Shown here in pieces: positions 1-9,624 of a stretch of DNA of 64,000 nucleotides. Position 1 is the stretch's first letter, and each line of letters starts with the position of its first letter. The notes under the pieces are model-generated. The model did not search any database. It worked only from the letters and a program-made list of their open reading frames with translations, and was not told the origin of the DNA. This stretch comes from an uncultured Caulobacterales bacterium (lineage in GTDB: Bacteria > Pseudomonadota > Alphaproteobacteria > Caulobacterales > Maricaulaceae). The position numbers and the translations under genes were made by a program. The stretch spans positions 9,980-73,979 of the forward strand of contig CALFWV010000042.1 of NCBI GenBank assembly GCA_937927825.1. The letters are read 5' to 3'.

Positions 1-927
1 TCGGGCCCGCAAATAGGGGTCATTTGCTTTCATCAACCGCGCGCGATGTTCGTTTCTCACGCGTTCGACCGCAGCTTCAGATGTCAAACCCGATGAAACG
101 GCCTCGCGCAATCTTCCGACCCATTTCCGGTCATAGGCAAACATGCGGTAGGTTTCGTAAATTTCTTTTGAGGCCCGCGAGAGAGAGGCCGCCTCCCCTG
201 AAACCATGGCGTCCACACTCGCACGCAGAATTTTGATACCCTCTTCCAAACGGTTCTGTTCGACTGTTATATTCTCAGCCAGAAGGTTTGCAGGCGCAAC
301 AGGCGGTAAATGCAAATGAGCAGACCCTCTAACAAGTCCCGGTGCAAAAGCTTTGCCTTCAAAACGTTCGGGTTTCACAGAAGCGAGCGTGATGCCTTTC
401 AGCGCCGCTTTCTTACCGCCGACACGTTCGTCATCAATGATGATTTCCGCAAGTACCATCGCCACTGTAAGCAAATCTTCGACTTCCGCTTCGTTGAATG
501 TGCGCGATTGCTCGCTTTGGACAACCAAAACACCCAAGGTCCGGCCGCCACGCAAAATCGGGACCGCGAGGAAACTCTTAAACGGGTCTTCACCTGTCTC
601 TGGACGATAAGAAAAAAGCGGATGGGACGGCGCATCGGCTAAATTAAGAGGTCGCGCAGTCAAGGCGACGTGTCCAACCAAACCTTCACCCGGCTTCATA
701 CGCGTTTTGTGGACAGCGGATTTCTTCAGGCCTTCAGTCGCAGAGAGTTCTAGCTCCGCGCCGGGACGCAAAAGATAGATAGAGGCCACACGAACGCGCA
801 TTGAAGACTGAATGGCAACGACGAAATCATCGAGCCGTTCTTGTACCGATTCCGTACCGGCCATGGCCAAACGAATGGCCTGCATCAATTTCGGCGGAGT
901 CGTCTTTATGTCAGCATCCAATGTCAT
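1..927 (-). CDS. ptsP: Phosphoenolpyruvate-protein phosphotransferase EI-Ntr, N-terminal part (GAF domain); runs off the left edge of the window
   Basis: Absent from the ORF track. Manual minus-strand translation from ATG at 927: MTLDADIKTT...IYLLRPGAELELSATEGLKKSAVHKTRMKPGEGLVGHVALTARPLNLADAPSHPLFSYRPETGEDPFKSFLAVPILRGGRTLGVLVVQ...; the window ends at ...KANDPYLRAR. Typical PtsP GAF N-terminus. Confidence 0.92.
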   Translation of the reverse strand, partial: MTLDADIKTTPPKLMQAIRLAMAGTESVQERLDDFVVAIQSSMRVRVASIYLLRPGAELELSATEGLKKSAVHKTRMKPGEGLVGHVALTARPLNLADAPSHPLFSYRPETGEDPFKSFLAVPILRGGRTLGVLVVQSEQSRTFNEAEVEDLLTVAMVLAEIIIDDERVGGKKAALKGITLASVKPERFEGKAFAPGLVRGSAHLHLPPVAPANLLAENITVEQNRLEEGIKILRASVDAMVSGEAASLSRASKEIYETYRMFAYDRKWVGRLREAVSSGLTSEAAVERVRNEHRARLMKANDPYLRAR

Positions 928-1031
928 AACTCTATCTTAGCAGGCTCATCTCCATAAAGCCCGTAAAATTCTGTGCAAATTGGTAAAGCGTCTTTCGCAA
1001 TTCGCTCATCTTTGGGGTTTGAAATAAGAGG

Positions 1032-1613
1032 TTAATTCTCTTGGGTATCGGCGTCATCAATATCTTCAACCGGAGCACTGGTATCTCGGCCCATGACGGG
1101 CTCCTCGATATGAATGATAACTCGGCCCGCTTTTAAATCGACTTTTGGGACGCCAATTTTTGTAAAAGGATGGAAAAAACTATTCTGGTTCTCTGCGGAT
1201 TTACCCGGCTGAATTTCCAACATAGTCCCGGCTCCAAAATCATGGACGCCGCAAATTTTTCCAACACGTTTCCCATCCGTAGATTTCACGTCCAAGCCCA
1301 TCAAATCAGTATAATAGAAATCATCTTCGTCAGCTTCCGGAAATGCGCTGCGCGGAACGAAAAGCTGCGTGCCCTTCATCGCCATTGCCTGCTCACGCGT
1401 TTTAATTTCCGGAGAGCGCATAGTGAAGGCATTATTAATTGGACGGGGATTTTTCGGCGTCAGAATTACGGTCCCGTCCTCCGCCAGAAGCGGGCCATAG
1501 GTTGAAAAATCTTTCGGATTTTGCGTGAAGGACTTTACTTTGACAGCCCCATGTACGCCATGCGCCCCGACGATGATCGCAACGCAGGTCAATGGCTCAT
1601 TCGCCGCGCTCAA
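1032..1613 (-). CDS. rimM: 16S rRNA processing protein RimM
   Basis: [49 protein letters not shown] motifs. The ORF track starts at 1655 inside metK; a TTG at 1613 overlapping the metK TGA (TTGA) is the more plausible start. Confidence 0.93.
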   Translation of the reverse strand: MSAANEPLTCVAIIVGAHGVHGAVKVKSFTQNPKDFSTYGPLLAEDGTVILTPKNPRPINNAFTMRSPEIKTREQAMAMKGTQLFVPRSAFPEADEDDFYYTDLMGLDVKSTDGKRVGKICGVHDFGAGTMLEIQPGKSAENQNSFFHPFTKIGVPKVDLKAGRVIIHIEEPVMGRDTSAPVEDIDDADTQEN

Positions 1614-2809
1614 AGCAGTGCCTTTATCTCGTCGATTAAATCCACTTTTTCCCAAGAAAACTCACCATCAGGTCCCGGCTCCCGGCCAAAATGACCATAG
1701 GCAGAGCTTGGGGCATATATGGGTTTGTTCAAATCCAGATGCTTCCGAATACCCCGCGGTGTCAAATCCATAATCCGGCGAATAATGTTTTCAATACGAT
1801 CGCCTTTAATCGGGTTATTGTCATCAACATTCACGTAAACCGACGTCGGTGCAGCTACGCCAATCGCATAGCTCACCTGGATTTCCACCCAAGGTGCAAC
1901 GCCTGCGGCAACGAGATTTTTTGCCAAATAGCGCGTTGCATAAGCAGCTGAGCGATCAACCTTTGTGGGGTCTTTGCCGGAAAAAGCCCCGCCGCCATGT
2001 GGAGCCATTCCGCCATAAGTATCGACGATAATTTTACGGCCGGTCAGACCTGCATCTCCGTCCGGTCCGCCAATCACAAATTTGCCTGTAGGGTTGATAT
2101 GATAAATGGTATTATCTGTCAGCCAGCCTGTTGGAAGAACGTCATCAATATAAGGCTTTACCCGTTCCGCAATTGCGCGGCTGTCTAAAGACGCATCCAA
2201 ATGTTGAGTCGACAAAACAATAGCGGTCGCTTCAACCGGGCGGCCGTTGTGATAGCGGACGGTCACTTGCGATTTGCTGTCGGGACCGAGCCAGTCTTGA
2301 CCTTCTGTTTTGCGGGCCTTTGCCAAGCGTTCCAAAATTTTATGCGAGTAATGCACGGGGGCAGGCATGAGCGCGCCCGGGACATCGAGCGACGCGTAGC
2401 CAAACATGATGCCTTGGTCGCCAGCACCCTCTTCCGCGTGGAGCCCGGCTCCGGAGTCAACGCCTTGCGCAATATCGACGCTCTGCGGATGAAGCAACAC
2501 ATCAATATCGGCATGTTTCCAATGAAATCCGTCTTGCTCGTAGCCGATGTCTTTGATGGCTTCGCGGGCCAAGGCTTCGATACGGTCCGGTGTGATAGAC
2601 GTCGGGCCCCGAGTCTCGCCAGCTATGACGACTTTATTGGTTGTTGTCAGCGTTTCAGCCGCGACTCGGACCTGCCAAGGGTCCATGCCTTCTTTGATGG
2701 CTTCGCGAAAATATAGATCTACAATTTCATCCGAAATACGGTCAGCAACTTTATCGGGATGACCTTCCGAAACGGATTCCGATGTAAACTCGTAAGATTG
2801 GCGGCTCAT
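1610..2809 (-). CDS. metK: S-adenosylmethionine synthetase
   Basis: [65 protein letters not shown] signatures; GAGGAG RBS upstream. Confidence 0.99.
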   Translation of the reverse strand: MSRQSYEFTSESVSEGHPDKVADRISDEIVDLYFREAIKEGMDPWQVRVAAETLTTTNKVVIAGETRGPTSITPDRIEALAREAIKDIGYEQDGFHWKHADIDVLLHPQSVDIAQGVDSGAGLHAEEGAGDQGIMFGYASLDVPGALMPAPVHYSHKILERLAKARKTEGQDWLGPDSKSQVTVRYHNGRPVEATAIVLSTQHLDASLDSRAIAERVKPYIDDVLPTGWLTDNTIYHINPTGKFVIGGPDGDAGLTGRKIIVDTYGGMAPHGGGAFSGKDPTKVDRSAAYATRYLAKNLVAAGVAPWVEIQVSYAIGVAAPTSVYVNVDDNNPIKGDRIENIIRRIMDLTPRGIRKHLDLNKPIYAPSSAYGHFGREPGPDGEFSWEKVDLIDEIKALL

Positions 2810-2927
2810 GGCTCGCTCCTCAATTTTAAGGCTTGGAGTTTACCCCCGGCCTGAACGGGGGGCTTTTTATTATTCAGAAGAGGTTTCGAACGCTCAGAAA
2901 TTGGACCGTCCTGTTTTTGTCGAAACC

Positions 2928-4337
2928 TTAGTAACGATAATGCTCAGGCTTATACGGACCTTCGGCCTTCACGCCGATATACTCCGCTTGCTCTTGCGTC
3001 ATTTCCGTGAGCTTCACGCCGATCCGTTCCAGATGCAGACGCGCTACTTTCTCGTCCAAATGTTTTGGCAACATATAGACTTTATTCTCATATTTCTTTG
3101 TTTCGGCATGCGCGTCTTCCCACAAATCCATTTGAGCAAGGACTTGGTTGGTAAAGCTGGCGGACATTACAAATGACGGATGGCCCGTCGCATTTCCAAG
3201 ATTTAAGAGGCGACCTTGGGAGAGTAAAATCATCCGATTACCGGAAGGAAATGTAATCATATCAACTTGGTCTTTGATATTCGTCCATTTGTGGTTTTGC
3301 AAAGCCGCCACTTGAATTTCATTGTCAAAGTGACCAATGTTTCCAACAATCGCCATGTCTTTCATTTCGCGCATATGTTCGATGCGGATGACGTCTTTAT
3401 TGCCCGTTGTCGTGACGAAAATATCAGCCGTCGCAACGGTGTCTTCCAGAGTTGTCACTTCGAAGCCATCCATCGCGGCCTGAAGCGCGCAAATTGGGTC
3501 CACTTCGGTGACTTTGACTCGCGCCCCTGCGCCGGCGAGTGAAGCCGCCGAGCCTTTACCGACATCCCCATATCCCAAAACAACGGCGGTTTTACCGGCC
3601 ATCATCGTATCCGTCGCGCGGCGAATGCCGTCGACAAGCGATTCCTTACAGCCATATTTATTATCAAACTTCGACTTTGTGACGGAGTCGTTCACATTAA
3701 TAGCCGGAAACGGCAGCTGCCCTTTTTCAACAAGTTCATAAAGACGGTGAACGCCTGTTGTTGTTTCTTCTGACACGCCTACAATCTGGTCACGCATTTT
3801 CGTAAACCACCCCGGAGACGCCGCCATGCGCTTTTTGATTTGCGCAAAAATCGCCGCTTCTTCTTCGGACCCGGGCTCACCTTCTACCAGCTCCGGCTCG
3901 CCATTTTCGACGCGCGCGCCGAGAAGGATGTAAAGGGTCGCATCCCCGCCATCATCCAAGATAAGATTTGGACCTTCGGGGAATAAGAATGACTTATCAA
4001 GATAATCCCAATGTTCTGTCAGAGATTGACCTTTAATGGCGAAAACAGGCGTTCCGCCCGCTGCAATCGCGGCCGCCGCATGATCCTGTGTCGAGAAAAT
4101 ATTGCAAGAGGCCCAACGAACATCAGCGCCCAAGGCTGTCAGGGTTTCGATCAAAACCGCTGTTTGAATGGTCATGTGCAAAGAGCCGACAATGCGAGCG
4201 CCCTTGAGAGGTTTGCTCTCACCAAATTCCTCGCGCAGGGACATGAGGCCCGGCATTTCGGTTTCGGCGATATCCAATTCCTTTCGCCCGAACTCGGCGA
4301 GGGAAATGTCTTTGACGATATAATCTTGTGCGCTCAT
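2928..4337 (-). CDS. ahcY: Adenosylhomocysteinase (SAH hydrolase)
   Basis: [87 protein letters not shown]. Confidence 0.99.
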   Translation of the reverse strand: MSAQDYIVKDISLAEFGRKELDIAETEMPGLMSLREEFGESKPLKGARIVGSLHMTIQTAVLIETLTALGADVRWASCNIFSTQDHAAAAIAAGGTPVFAIKGQSLTEHWDYLDKSFLFPEGPNLILDDGGDATLYILLGARVENGEPELVEGEPGSEEEAAIFAQIKKRMAASPGWFTKMRDQIVGVSEETTTGVHRLYELVEKGQLPFPAINVNDSVTKSKFDNKYGCKESLVDGIRRATDTMMAGKTAVVLGYGDVGKGSAASLAGAGARVKVTEVDPICALQAAMDGFEVTTLEDTVATADIFVTTTGNKDVIRIEHMREMKDMAIVGNIGHFDNEIQVAALQNHKWTNIKDQVDMITFPSGNRMILLSQGRLLNLGNATGHPSFVMSASFTNQVLAQMDLWEDAHAETKKYENKVYMLPKHLDEKVARLHLERIGVKLTEMTQEQAEYIGVKAEGPYKPEHYRY

Positions 4338-4422
4338 GATACTGTGTCCTGATAGGTCCGGTCGTCGGGCTGCGTGAGAAGGTTAGGGGCCAATACGCCT
4401 TCCCCCGCGTTTCGTCAACGCG

Positions 4423-4442
4423 ATATAACGTTTTTTTTATAT
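4423..4442. promoter_or_regulatory. 20-bp palindromic operator upstream of ahcY, SahR-like
   Basis: ATATAACGTTTTTTTTATAT (ATATAA...TTATAT arms), 86-105 nt upstream of the ahcY start. Confidence 0.55.
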
Positions 4443-4528
4443 GGCATAAATATCGCTTTAAGTCTTAGAGGACTTGAAAGCAAAGGGCGGGGATATTCCA
4501 CTAGTTTGCAGACACAAACAGACTATCG

Positions 4529-5584
4529 TTGGGCGCAGGGTCTGATAGAGAGACAGCTGTGTCTACTCCGCCTTCACGCCCTGCCGTTTCCGTCATCATT
4601 GTGAATTACAATGCCGGCGAATATCTGCGCCCTTGCGTAGAGAGCTTGCTGACACAGACGCTCCCTGATTTTGAGTGTATTCTTATCGACAATGGCAGCA
4701 CAGATGGGTCATTGCAGACATTACCCGAGTTGGATGAACGGTTTACAATCATTGAGGCCGGTGAGAACCTAGGCTTTGCGGTCGCCAATAACCGCGCAGC
4801 AAAGAAAGCCACTGCGGATTGGCTCGCTTTGCTCAACCCTGACGCATTTGCTCGGCCCGATTGGCTGGAGAAAGGCATGGCGGCGCGCACGCGGCTCCCC
4901 GACACGGCAATGGTCGGCAGCACTCAATATTTGGCCTTGGAGCCCGGCTGCTTTGACGGCTTAGGCGACGAGTATCATGCCTTTGGGATCGCTTGGCGCG
5001 CGGGATTTGGGATGCCCGTCACGGAGGTTCATGACCGCGAGACCTTTGGTCCATGCGGTGCAGGTGCATTTTACGATCGCAGCGTGTTTCAATCTCTTGG
5101 CGGATTTGATGAGCGTTTTTTTTGCTATCATGAGGACGTGGACCTCGCCTTCCGGATGCGTTTGGCTGGATATCGCTGCGTGCAAAGCGCAGACGCCATT
5201 ATAGACCATGTCAGTTCAGCCATTTCCGGCCGGGCCTCTGACTTTGCCGTTTATCATGGAACGCGGAACCGAATTTGGACATTTTTCAACAACATGCCTG
5301 GCCCATTGCTTATGGTTCTAACTGTCCCGCATATTTTATCCAACTTAGCTTTCCTCAGCGTAAGTCTTTTTCGCAAGGGCCGTTTTAAACCGACCTTTCG
5401 CGGTATGCGCCACGGGTTTTTTACACGGCCCAAAAGCCAACTGACAAAGCAACCCAGGCGAGCAAGCTTACCCGCACTTCTCCGCGCTATGGGATGGAAC
5501 CCTTTGAAGGTCGTAAAGCGCGCTCCCGTCAATATTGAACGACTTCCAAATGAAACCGTTTCTGGACGGCGGCAAAATTCCTGA
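4529..5584 (+). CDS. Glycosyltransferase family 2 (rhamnosyltransferase/WbbL-like)
   Basis: VSVIIVNYN, IDNGSTDGS, ENLGFAVANNRAA, LLNPDA, GGFDERFFCYHEDVDLAFR. A GTG at 4559 may be the real start. Confidence 0.9.
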   Translation: MGAGSDRETAVSTPPSRPAVSVIIVNYNAGEYLRPCVESLLTQTLPDFECILIDNGSTDGSLQTLPELDERFTIIEAGENLGFAVANNRAAKKATADWLALLNPDAFARPDWLEKGMAARTRLPDTAMVGSTQYLALEPGCFDGLGDEYHAFGIAWRAGFGMPVTEVHDRETFGPCGAGAFYDRSVFQSLGGFDERFFCYHEDVDLAFRMRLAGYRCVQSADAIIDHVSSAISGRASDFAVYHGTRNRIWTFFNNMPGPLLMVLTVPHILSNLAFLSVSLFRKGRFKPTFRGMRHGFFTRPKSQLTKQPRRASLPALLRAMGWNPLKVVKRAPVNIERLPNETVSGRRQNS

Positions 5585-5630
5585 TAGGAAGTCGCAAGAA
5601 AAATATGCCAAAAATGGCTAAGCAGGACAT

Positions 5631-7355
5631 ATGTACAGTAAACTAACCCGTCGGGGCGTGATGGGATTGACAGCGGGGGCTGGACTGGCCGCCTGCACAG
5701 CGCCGGAGTCTGTCACAGGCAAGAACGCCGCCGTACTAAAAGCGGGGGCCTTTGCCCATGGCGTGGCTTCGGGGGATCCCTTCACAACCAGTGTCCTGCT
5801 TTGGACCCGGGTCTCCACCGAAATTAAGGGTGATGTAGAGGTTCTGTGGAAGATCTCTCGTGACGCTGAATTTAAAGACCTCGCGGGAACAGGCATCTCT
5901 ACAACAAACGCCGCCAGAGATTATTGCGTTAAAGTCATTGCCGAAAATTTAGATCCAGGCCGAACTTATTACTATTGCTTCCACGCCGGCGAGGCGGTCT
6001 CAGAGACAGGCCGGACACGCACCTTGCCAGAGGGGGAAACGAACCGCTTGCGATTTGCCATTGTTTCCTGTGCAAATTGGCAACATGGTTATTTCAACAC
6101 GTATGACGCCATTGCGAAACGCGCCGTCGACCAACCCTATGATGCCATGATTCATCTGGGGGATTATTATTATGAATATGGCGCTCTTGATGCGCCGCGT
6201 TTGCCGGACCGTATTCACGAACCGACCCATGAAATTGTTGAACTTGCCGATTATCGTCAACGTCATGCGCAATACAGGTCTGACGCGGCCCTACAGGCCG
6301 CGACATCAGCCATGCCCTTAATCGCTGTCTGGGACGACCACGAAACAACAAATGATAGCTGGCAGACAGGTGCGCAAAATCACCAACCCGAAACAGAAGG
6401 CAATTGGGAGGAGCGAAAGCAGGCCGCTTTGCGCGCCTATTACGAATGGATGCCAATCCGCGAACCTAAAGCCGGCCGCGTCCGGTCTGATATTTACAGA
6501 AACTTCCGCTTTGGCAATCTCGCAAATTTGACTTGCGTTGAAACCCGCCTCACCGCGCGAGCCGAACCTATCATTGTGGAATCCTATATTGACGAAATTT
6601 CCGCAGAAGGTGGAGCGGATAAATTCCGTAAAGACGTTCTCTACGCACCAAATCGGGAAATGTTTGGCGCGGATCAACAAGCGTTTATCATAAATAATTT
6701 GCGTCAATCGAAAGAGGATGGGGTGACGTGGCGGCTGCTCGCCAACCAAGTTATTATGGGACGCTTACTGACACCGGATTTCTCGCCTTATATTGACGAA
6801 GCCTCATTAGCCCGCATTGAAGTTGATTGGCCGGAAGTTCGCGATTTTCTTACACTCAGTAAACATAATATGCCGCTCTATCCTGACAGTTGGGACGGCT
6901 ACCCCGTTGCCCGCGAAAATTTCTACGCGGCGCTGGATGCGGCGGGACTGAATGACATGTTGGTTCTGACAGGCGATGCGCATGAGTTTTGGGTCAATGA
7001 TTTGACATCGGAAGCCGGCACCAAGCTTGGCATGGAATTCGTGACAAGTTCAGTCTCCTCCGAAACGCTGACTGCTTATTTGGGCGACGGGACAGCAGAC
7101 CATAATCTTTTGGTGACACAGAAAAATCCCGATGCCCGCTATTATAATGCAACGCGCAGCGGCTTTATCGAACTGACCCTTACGGAGAAGAAAGCGGCCG
7201 TGACCATGTTTAATGTCGATACGGTCTTATCCCGCGACTACACCCTGAGTGAAACAGCCAGCTTCACGGTAAAAAAATCCGGCGGCACGTTGAAAGCCAG
7301 TTCGCCCAAAGGTTTATCAGTGACGCAGCGCGCTCTCTTCCATGGCTTAGGATAA
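5631..7355 (+). CDS. phoD: Alkaline phosphatase D family protein (Tat-exported, probable lipoprotein)
   Basis: TRRG twin-arginine signal plus GLAAC lipobox; FAHGVASGDP, HLGDYYYE, WDDHETTND, DSWDGY, LTGDAH motifs. Confidence 0.93.
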   Translation: MYSKLTRRGVMGLTAGAGLAACTAPESVTGKNAAVLKAGAFAHGVASGDPFTTSVLLWTRVSTEIKGDVEVLWKISRDAEFKDLAGTGISTTNAARDYCVKVIAENLDPGRTYYYCFHAGEAVSETGRTRTLPEGETNRLRFAIVSCANWQHGYFNTYDAIAKRAVDQPYDAMIHLGDYYYEYGALDAPRLPDRIHEPTHEIVELADYRQRHAQYRSDAALQAATSAMPLIAVWDDHETTNDSWQTGAQNHQPETEGNWEERKQAALRAYYEWMPIREPKAGRVRSDIYRNFRFGNLANLTCVETRLTARAEPIIVESYIDEISAEGGADKFRKDVLYAPNREMFGADQQAFIINNLRQSKEDGVTWRLLANQVIMGRLLTPDFSPYIDEASLARIEVDWPEVRDFLTLSKHNMPLYPDSWDGYPVARENFYAALDAAGLNDMLVLTGDAHEFWVNDLTSEAGTKLGMEFVTSSVSSETLTAYLGDGTADHNLLVTQKNPDARYYNATRSGFIELTLTEKKAAVTMFNVDTVLSRDYTLSETASFTVKKSGGTLKASSPKGLSVTQRALFHGLG

Positions 7356-8291
7356 TTATTTCGGCAAACCCGGTGTCCCGGATAGATGCGGGTTCTGCGC
7401 GACATAATCCGCTTTGATATGGATGGAGCTTTTGCGAGATCCGTCATGAGACCATCCCGGCGGCGCAAAGAGATATTTCAATCTCTGTCCCATTGTGATT
7501 TTGGGTTTGAACACATCTTTTATTGCGCACCACATCTCGCTGAATGCAATCTTGATAGGGTTATAGCTATCCACATTTTGTACGAGACCATATGTGATTT
7601 TTGTGTCCCGATCCTCGGGCACAAATGTTCCAAACAACTTATCCCAGACAATGAATATCCCGGCATAATTTGAGTCCAAATATTGTGGGTTCGTCCCATG
7701 ATGGACGCGGTGATGGGACGGCGTATTAAAAACAGCCTCAAACCAATGAGGCAGGCGATCAATGGCTTCCGTGTGTATCCAATATTGATACAGCAAATTT
7801 AACGCACCAACGAAACCAAGAAGGAGCGGATGAACCCCCAAGAAAACCAAGGGTGTGGACAGCAGGACAAACCCCGTAAAATGATTGTTCCAAGGTTGTC
7901 GCAGTGCCGTGGAAAGATTGTAAAACTGACTGCTGTGATGGACAACATGGGCCGTCCAAAGCCAGCGTACACGATGTGCTGCGCGATGCTTCCAATAATA
8001 TAAGAAGTCCTGCGCCACGAGAGCTAGAAATATGATTGGTAGGCTTACGCCCCAATCCAATAGGCGAAATTGCCAGGCCCACATCAAAACGGCGAGGCTG
8101 ATGAAACCCATCGCTAAATCGGATGCAAGATTTCCGAACCCCATGAACATTGAGGTCAAAGCGTCTTTGGTTTCATAGGTTCCGGCCAATTTTCCCTTGC
8201 GAACCAACCACCACTCAATCGCAATCGTCAGCACAAATACCGGCGCTGCAAACGCGAGAACCATGGGAAATGAAGGGGCATCAATCGGCAT
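7356..8291 (-). CDS. Sterol desaturase / fatty acid hydroxylase family (alkylglycerol monooxygenase-like)
   Basis: Histidine boxes YYWKHRAAH, HVVHHS, WIHTE, TPSHHRVHHG, NYAGIFIVWDKLFGTF; several TM segments. Confidence 0.9.
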   Translation of the reverse strand: MPIDAPSFPMVLAFAAPVFVLTIAIEWWLVRKGKLAGTYETKDALTSMFMGFGNLASDLAMGFISLAVLMWAWQFRLLDWGVSLPIIFLALVAQDFLYYWKHRAAHRVRWLWTAHVVHHSSQFYNLSTALRQPWNNHFTGFVLLSTPLVFLGVHPLLLGFVGALNLLYQYWIHTEAIDRLPHWFEAVFNTPSHHRVHHGTNPQYLDSNYAGIFIVWDKLFGTFVPEDRDTKITYGLVQNVDSYNPIKIAFSEMWCAIKDVFKPKITMGQRLKYLFAPPGWSHDGSRKSSIHIKADYVAQNPHLSGTPGLPK

Positions 8292-8359
8292 ATGTATAAA
8301 TCCCCCTCTCGCCCCGGCATGTCAATGCGCCATGGCGCGCCTCTTGCGTGCAGGATAGA

Positions 8360-8944
8360 TTATTCCGGCGGGTCAAGAACCTCCACGCGAATTTGCCTCA
8401 CATCAACATAGAGCAACTCCCCGGTTTCCCCCGGCCAAATAGAGGCATGATCAAGGCCTTGCTGAGCGGTTAAAGCGCCCGGACGGAACTCCATTTCATA
8501 ATCTGCCCAGTCAGTGGTCAAGGTCCGTCGCTTCCAACCACTATCCCCGGATCCGGCTGAAAAATATCCGATATCAAATGTCTTCAACGGATTTAGCCTA
8601 GAGGCGCGGGCCGTGACCGTCATACGCAGATTTCGAGTCGCAAAAGCCCGTTCATATTCCGGCCCCAAAGGGGCAAATACACCGGGCCCGGGCGGCAAGC
8701 TATCGCGGGCAGCGGTACTGCTCAAACGCGCATAGGCTGGCTCCCCGCCCGCGGCTGCAACAAACTCAGCTTGGGTGCCGGGTTGGGCCGTCAAACGTAC
8801 CAATTCTTCACCGGACAACGTGTAGCCAAATTTATAAATTTCTGTTTCTGTCAAATCTGCGCGCTCTCCAAATGACAAAGCAAGCGCAATGATACCAGCC
8901 ACAATCAAGGCGGCCAGCGGATAGAAAAATCGGTCTTTCAACAT
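8360..8944 (-). CDS. Hypothetical protein with N-terminal membrane anchor and beta-rich C-terminal domain
   Basis: Hydrophobic FFYPLAALIVAGIIALALSFG followed by an alternating beta-strand pattern; fills the gap cleanly. Confidence 0.75.
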   Translation of the reverse strand: MLKDRFFYPLAALIVAGIIALALSFGERADLTETEIYKFGYTLSGEELVRLTAQPGTQAEFVAAAGGEPAYARLSSTAARDSLPPGPGVFAPLGPEYERAFATRNLRMTVTARASRLNPLKTFDIGYFSAGSGDSGWKRRTLTTDWADYEMEFRPGALTAQQGLDHASIWPGETGELLYVDVRQIRVEVLDPPE

Positions 8945-9058
8945 ATTGCTGCCGAGGGTTAAAAGCTTAATTCAGGGAAGGTTCAGCCATCTGCTATCAT
9001 AACTTGCGAGTGGAGTGCCACAGGATTTACTGTTGGAACACATTATTCGGGAGCCATT

Positions 9059-9613
9059 ATGCCAACCCCAGCTAAAATTACATTTACATGTCTCATCGCG
9101 ACTTGCCTCGCAGGAACAGCCTTTGCTGCACCGCCCGAAGCAAATATGGACGCGGAAATTCTCGCCGAAAAAATAGATGAAAGACTGTCTGACCATAAGG
9201 TCGACATTGCAAAATCTACGGCCAGGTTAAAGCGTAAGCTCGAAAAAGGGCAAGCCAAAGCAGAAGGCGACGTCTCGGAAGAAATTGAAGTCGTGATGGA
9301 TGTGCTGGAAGAGGCTTTTGCCGATGACGGTTTATTCCGCGGCCTCGCCGCGATGTTCAGCGATCTCGCCAGCGATTTAGATGTGGAAACGGATGACGGG
9401 AAAACAACGCTCTCATTTGACGGCGCAAAAATCGGTCAAATTGAACGTCGCAAAAGCCGTGACAGCGAAGACAGCTTTTCTATTTCCGGATTAGGAAAGA
9501 ACCTGACATTTGACCGCGAAACGATTGTCAAGGACGGGAAATCCAAAACCCGTATCGTCATTGATATGGACGGCGAAGATGAGATTGACATCACCTTACC
9601 CCAAATAGATTAA
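9059..9613 (+). CDS. Hypothetical secreted acidic protein
   Basis: Signal peptide ending ...LAGTAFA; D/E-rich mature region; GGAG RBS upstream. Confidence 0.75.
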   Translation: MPTPAKITFTCLIATCLAGTAFAAPPEANMDAEILAEKIDERLSDHKVDIAKSTARLKRKLEKGQAKAEGDVSEEIEVVMDVLEEAFADDGLFRGLAAMFSDLASDLDVETDDGKTTLSFDGAKIGQIERRKSRDSEDSFSISGLGKNLTFDRETIVKDGKSKTRIVIDMDGEDEIDITLPQID

Positions 9614-9624
9614 AGACAAATCGT

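Noticed and set aside
310-642. Plus-strand ORFs at the left edge (24..236, 310..642, 353..610)
   Set aside because: They are antisense shadows of ptsP, which occupies 1..927 on the minus strand.
1019-1030. 12-mer TTGAAATAAGAG shared with 17959-17970
   Set aside because: Two copies of an AT-rich 12-mer in 64 kb at non-equivalent distances from start codons; compatible with chance.
2810-2927. SAM-II or SAM-SAH riboswitch upstream of metK
   Set aside because: The conserved cores (SAM-II GAUUU...GCUAAA; SAM-SAH CUGUCAC..GGCUUCCUGGCGUGAC) are not visible on the coding strand.
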